Source: Octopus vulgaris
Lineage: Eukaryota
Assembly (NCBI GenBank): GCA_951406725.2
Contig: OX597818.1
Coordinates: 4,154,001-4,218,000, forward strand
Length of the DNA stretch: 64,000 nt
Direction: 5' to 3'
Shown: in pieces, positions 61,620-64,000 of the stretch
How the letters are laid out: each line of letters begins with the position of its first letter
Numbering within the stretch: the stretch's first letter is position 1
The notes under the pieces: model-generated
Databases searched by the model: none
What the model was told of the DNA's origin: nothing
The model's input: only the letters and a program-made list of their open reading frames with translations
Program-made: the position numbers and the translations under genes

Positions 61620-62883
61620 CTGCAAAATAGAGAAGAGATTAAATGAGAGAAAATAAAGGGAAATGCATGAGTTGATGATTAAGTGAGTGCAAGTGTTCTT
61701 TCACATCAAAGTTATGTTGTAAAAACCAAAAATATTGTTATGTATCACAAAATTAGATATGTAATCCAAATCCACTATGGAACTCGCCTCATACTTAAAG
61801 ATATCCATGGTGATGAGTGTCTGCATGTGGAGAGTTTTCATGTGAATAGACATTAGTCATCACTATGCAAACTATTATAAGAGCTAGAGTATGAACCTAA
61901 TGGCAAAGCTCTCACAGAAGTTGAACTTGGTACTAGAAGCTAATGAAACAACTCAATTTTACTGTTTGCATTAGTGAAGTGTTTCTAGTTTGTAGCATCA
62001 TTTTTACAGTCAGGCAGAGCTATTTAAGATCAGTGTACTTTAAAGAAACAGAGCAGTGCCATGGACAGGATATGAACAACTTATCCCTTAGCTGGTTGTT
62101 TCATAACCGAGTGACTTAACCATCCATGATTTCACTCTAATCTAATGTAATATGTAGGAATGTGACATTCTTGAGAACTTGGAATTATCATGCTGAAATA
62201 AGAAAAACACCTCACAGATCAAGAATGATTTCCAGTTTATTTTATCTTCCCTTATTTCAGTACATTTTTCTAATTCCTCTTCTATAGAGATAAATACTGG
62301 TTCTAGTTCAGGTACACAACAGCCATTGATAGATAAATATTTCTATAGTTTCACTTAAAGTTTATTCTATTCCACTTCACCTTGTTTCTAAAACAAAATC
62401 ACAAGCCTTTCTCAGTAGTAATCTGATTAGAAAGCTGTTAGAACAGCATTTCATTAAGATAATATCTTTTTCACTATACTATCCTTATAAAATTTTAGTT
62501 TGTCATTCCTTATAGTAAGTGTATAACAATCAGTTCATTATACTACCACTATAATATCTATATAGTAGCTCAGTAAAATTAAAATGTTAATCTAGGATTT
62601 GAAATTGATTTGAAAGATGATACTGAATTTATAAATAAACACAAATAGACAAACATACAAACACACACACATTGACTGACATAGGCGATTTTCATTCAAG
62701 GAATGCAATAAAAAATATACACATTAATCAAGCAATTTTTATATCCAACTTAGTGTGGATGTCTTGTTAGAATGCTGAATACTGCAGTGTTAACCTTGAG
62801 ATGTCCTCTCATATAGACAAATGGTATATAAAACTACAGACATATATCATAGATGAGAATCATCTGTTAAGGTCACTGGTACT

Positions 62884-62925
62884 GCCACATCATGTGATTT
62901 CAGTGTACTGCCCTTCTTCAGTGAT
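62884..62925 (-). ncRNA. Minimal hammerhead motif, degenerate (cleavage-site G)
   Basis: TCA-CTGAAGA-AGGGCAGTACACT-GAAA-TCACATGA-TG-TGGC. Confidence 0.5.
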
Positions 62926-63212
62926 AGGCATCCAGTGATCGCATACCAGCCAAATTTCACTATCACAATATATAGGATAGTGTCTTTTCAGCTGTTGATG
63001 TTGCAAATAGTCAGCAGGCTTATTAAAAAAAATATATATATAAGTGATGGAAACAAGGCAATCTTTATATCTAACTTAATGTGAATGCTCTGTTACAATG
63101 CCAAATACTGTCATATTCACTTTGAGAAGTCCTCTCATATAGATGCATAATGCATAAAAGCACAGTCATATATCATATCAGACAAGAATTATCTGGTATA
63201 GGTGCTAGAACT

Positions 63213-63254
63213 GTCACATCACATAATTTCAGTGTATTTCACTTCTTCAGTGGC
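63213..63254 (-). ncRNA. Minimal hammerhead motif, degenerate (cleavage-site G)
   Basis: GCCA-CTGAAGA-AGTG-AAATA-CACT-GAAA-TTATGTGA-TG-TGAC. Confidence 0.55.
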
Positions 63255-63330
63255 ATCCAGTAACTACACACCAGCTAAATCACGCTACCATAATATATAG
63301 GATATCAGTGTTGTTTCAGTCACTGATGTT

Positions 63331-63372
63331 GCACTGAAGAAGTACAGTAACACTGAAATCATGTGATCTGGC
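63331..63372 (+). ncRNA. Minimal type I hammerhead motif with an AUC cleavage triplet
   Basis: GCA-CTGAAGA-AGT...ACT-GAAA-TCATGTGA-TC^TGGC. Predicted cleavage after 63368. Confidence 0.6.
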
Positions 63373-64000
63373 TGTTTTGGCACCCATTCCAGAAGAATCT
63401 CGTTTGCTACAATATATGCCTAAACTTTTATGTACTATATGTCTGAGGGGACTTCTCAAGGCAAATACCACAGTAATTAGTATTCTGACAAGACATCCAT
63501 GTTAAGTGGAAAATAAAGATTGCCATTGGTTTTCATACTACTTCTGCCACAAAAGATTATTTTTAATAAGCCTGTTGGCTAACTGCGACATCAGTGGCTG
63601 AAAAGACACTAATATCTCATATGTTGTGACAGTGAAGTTTCGCTGATAATACTGCTTTCATCACTGATAATAATTTTTTTATAAATACACCATATTGTAT
63701 ATGTATGATATATAGGTACATAGTGTTGTAATACACAAGATGTTTAAAATAATTTATAATGAATATGATGTAATAAAAAGTGTTTATATTTTGTGTGTGT
63801 GTGTATGTATATATACATATATATATAGATCAGTTGAATAAAGTTAAAACATAGTCTGGTTTTCACGTTTTTTATCATGGTATTTTAACAAAATTAGCGC
63901 TTTCATACATGGTACTCATCAGTCTTCATATTTGTTTATTTTTGAGTCGAGTTCTTGACAACTTTAGTACCTCTTAAAATGCTTCAACCAGCTGAATTTT

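Larger units (their letters stand above)
62730..63655. repeat. Array of ~329-bp repeats (two direct, one inverted), each with a hammerhead motif (non-LTR retrozyme-like)
   Basis: Units start gcaat.tttatatc.aactta at about 62732 and about 63059. An inverted unit starts at 63333. Confidence 0.75.

Overview
AT-rich animal genomic DNA. The SINE and LINE types resemble those I recall from octopus/cephalopods, but that assignment is inference. About 90% of the window is a nest of transposable elements. These include a young full-length Gypsy LTR element (1367-10034, 4-bp TSD) with a 2.9-kb module inserted in its gag gene, three older Gypsy relics, RTE, CR1, L1/Tx1, CRE-like and R4/Dong-like LINE relics, Penelope-like elements, pogo and Merlin transposase pseudogenes, (TTAGGG)n-containing MITEs and two SINE families. 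Host sequence is limited to the terminal coding exon of a HAD-IIA phosphatase (PGP-like; 61442-61619, minus strand) and a possible 42-nt exon at 417-458. Highlights: (1) a retrozyme-like array of ~329-bp repeats, each with a minimal hammerhead ribozyme, inside the PGP-like intron; (2) a hammerhead with a very long stem II in both arms of a 1.07-kb Penelope inverted repeat; (3) an intact ORF1/Gag-only gene behind an LTR-type promoter that shares its 3' tail with a tRNA-SINE and an L1/Tx1 LINE; (4) MITEs carrying telomeric repeats; (5) a twin-primed RTE insertion and a 25-nt templated repair insertion. All calls were made by eye without database searches, and boundaries of old relics are approximate.
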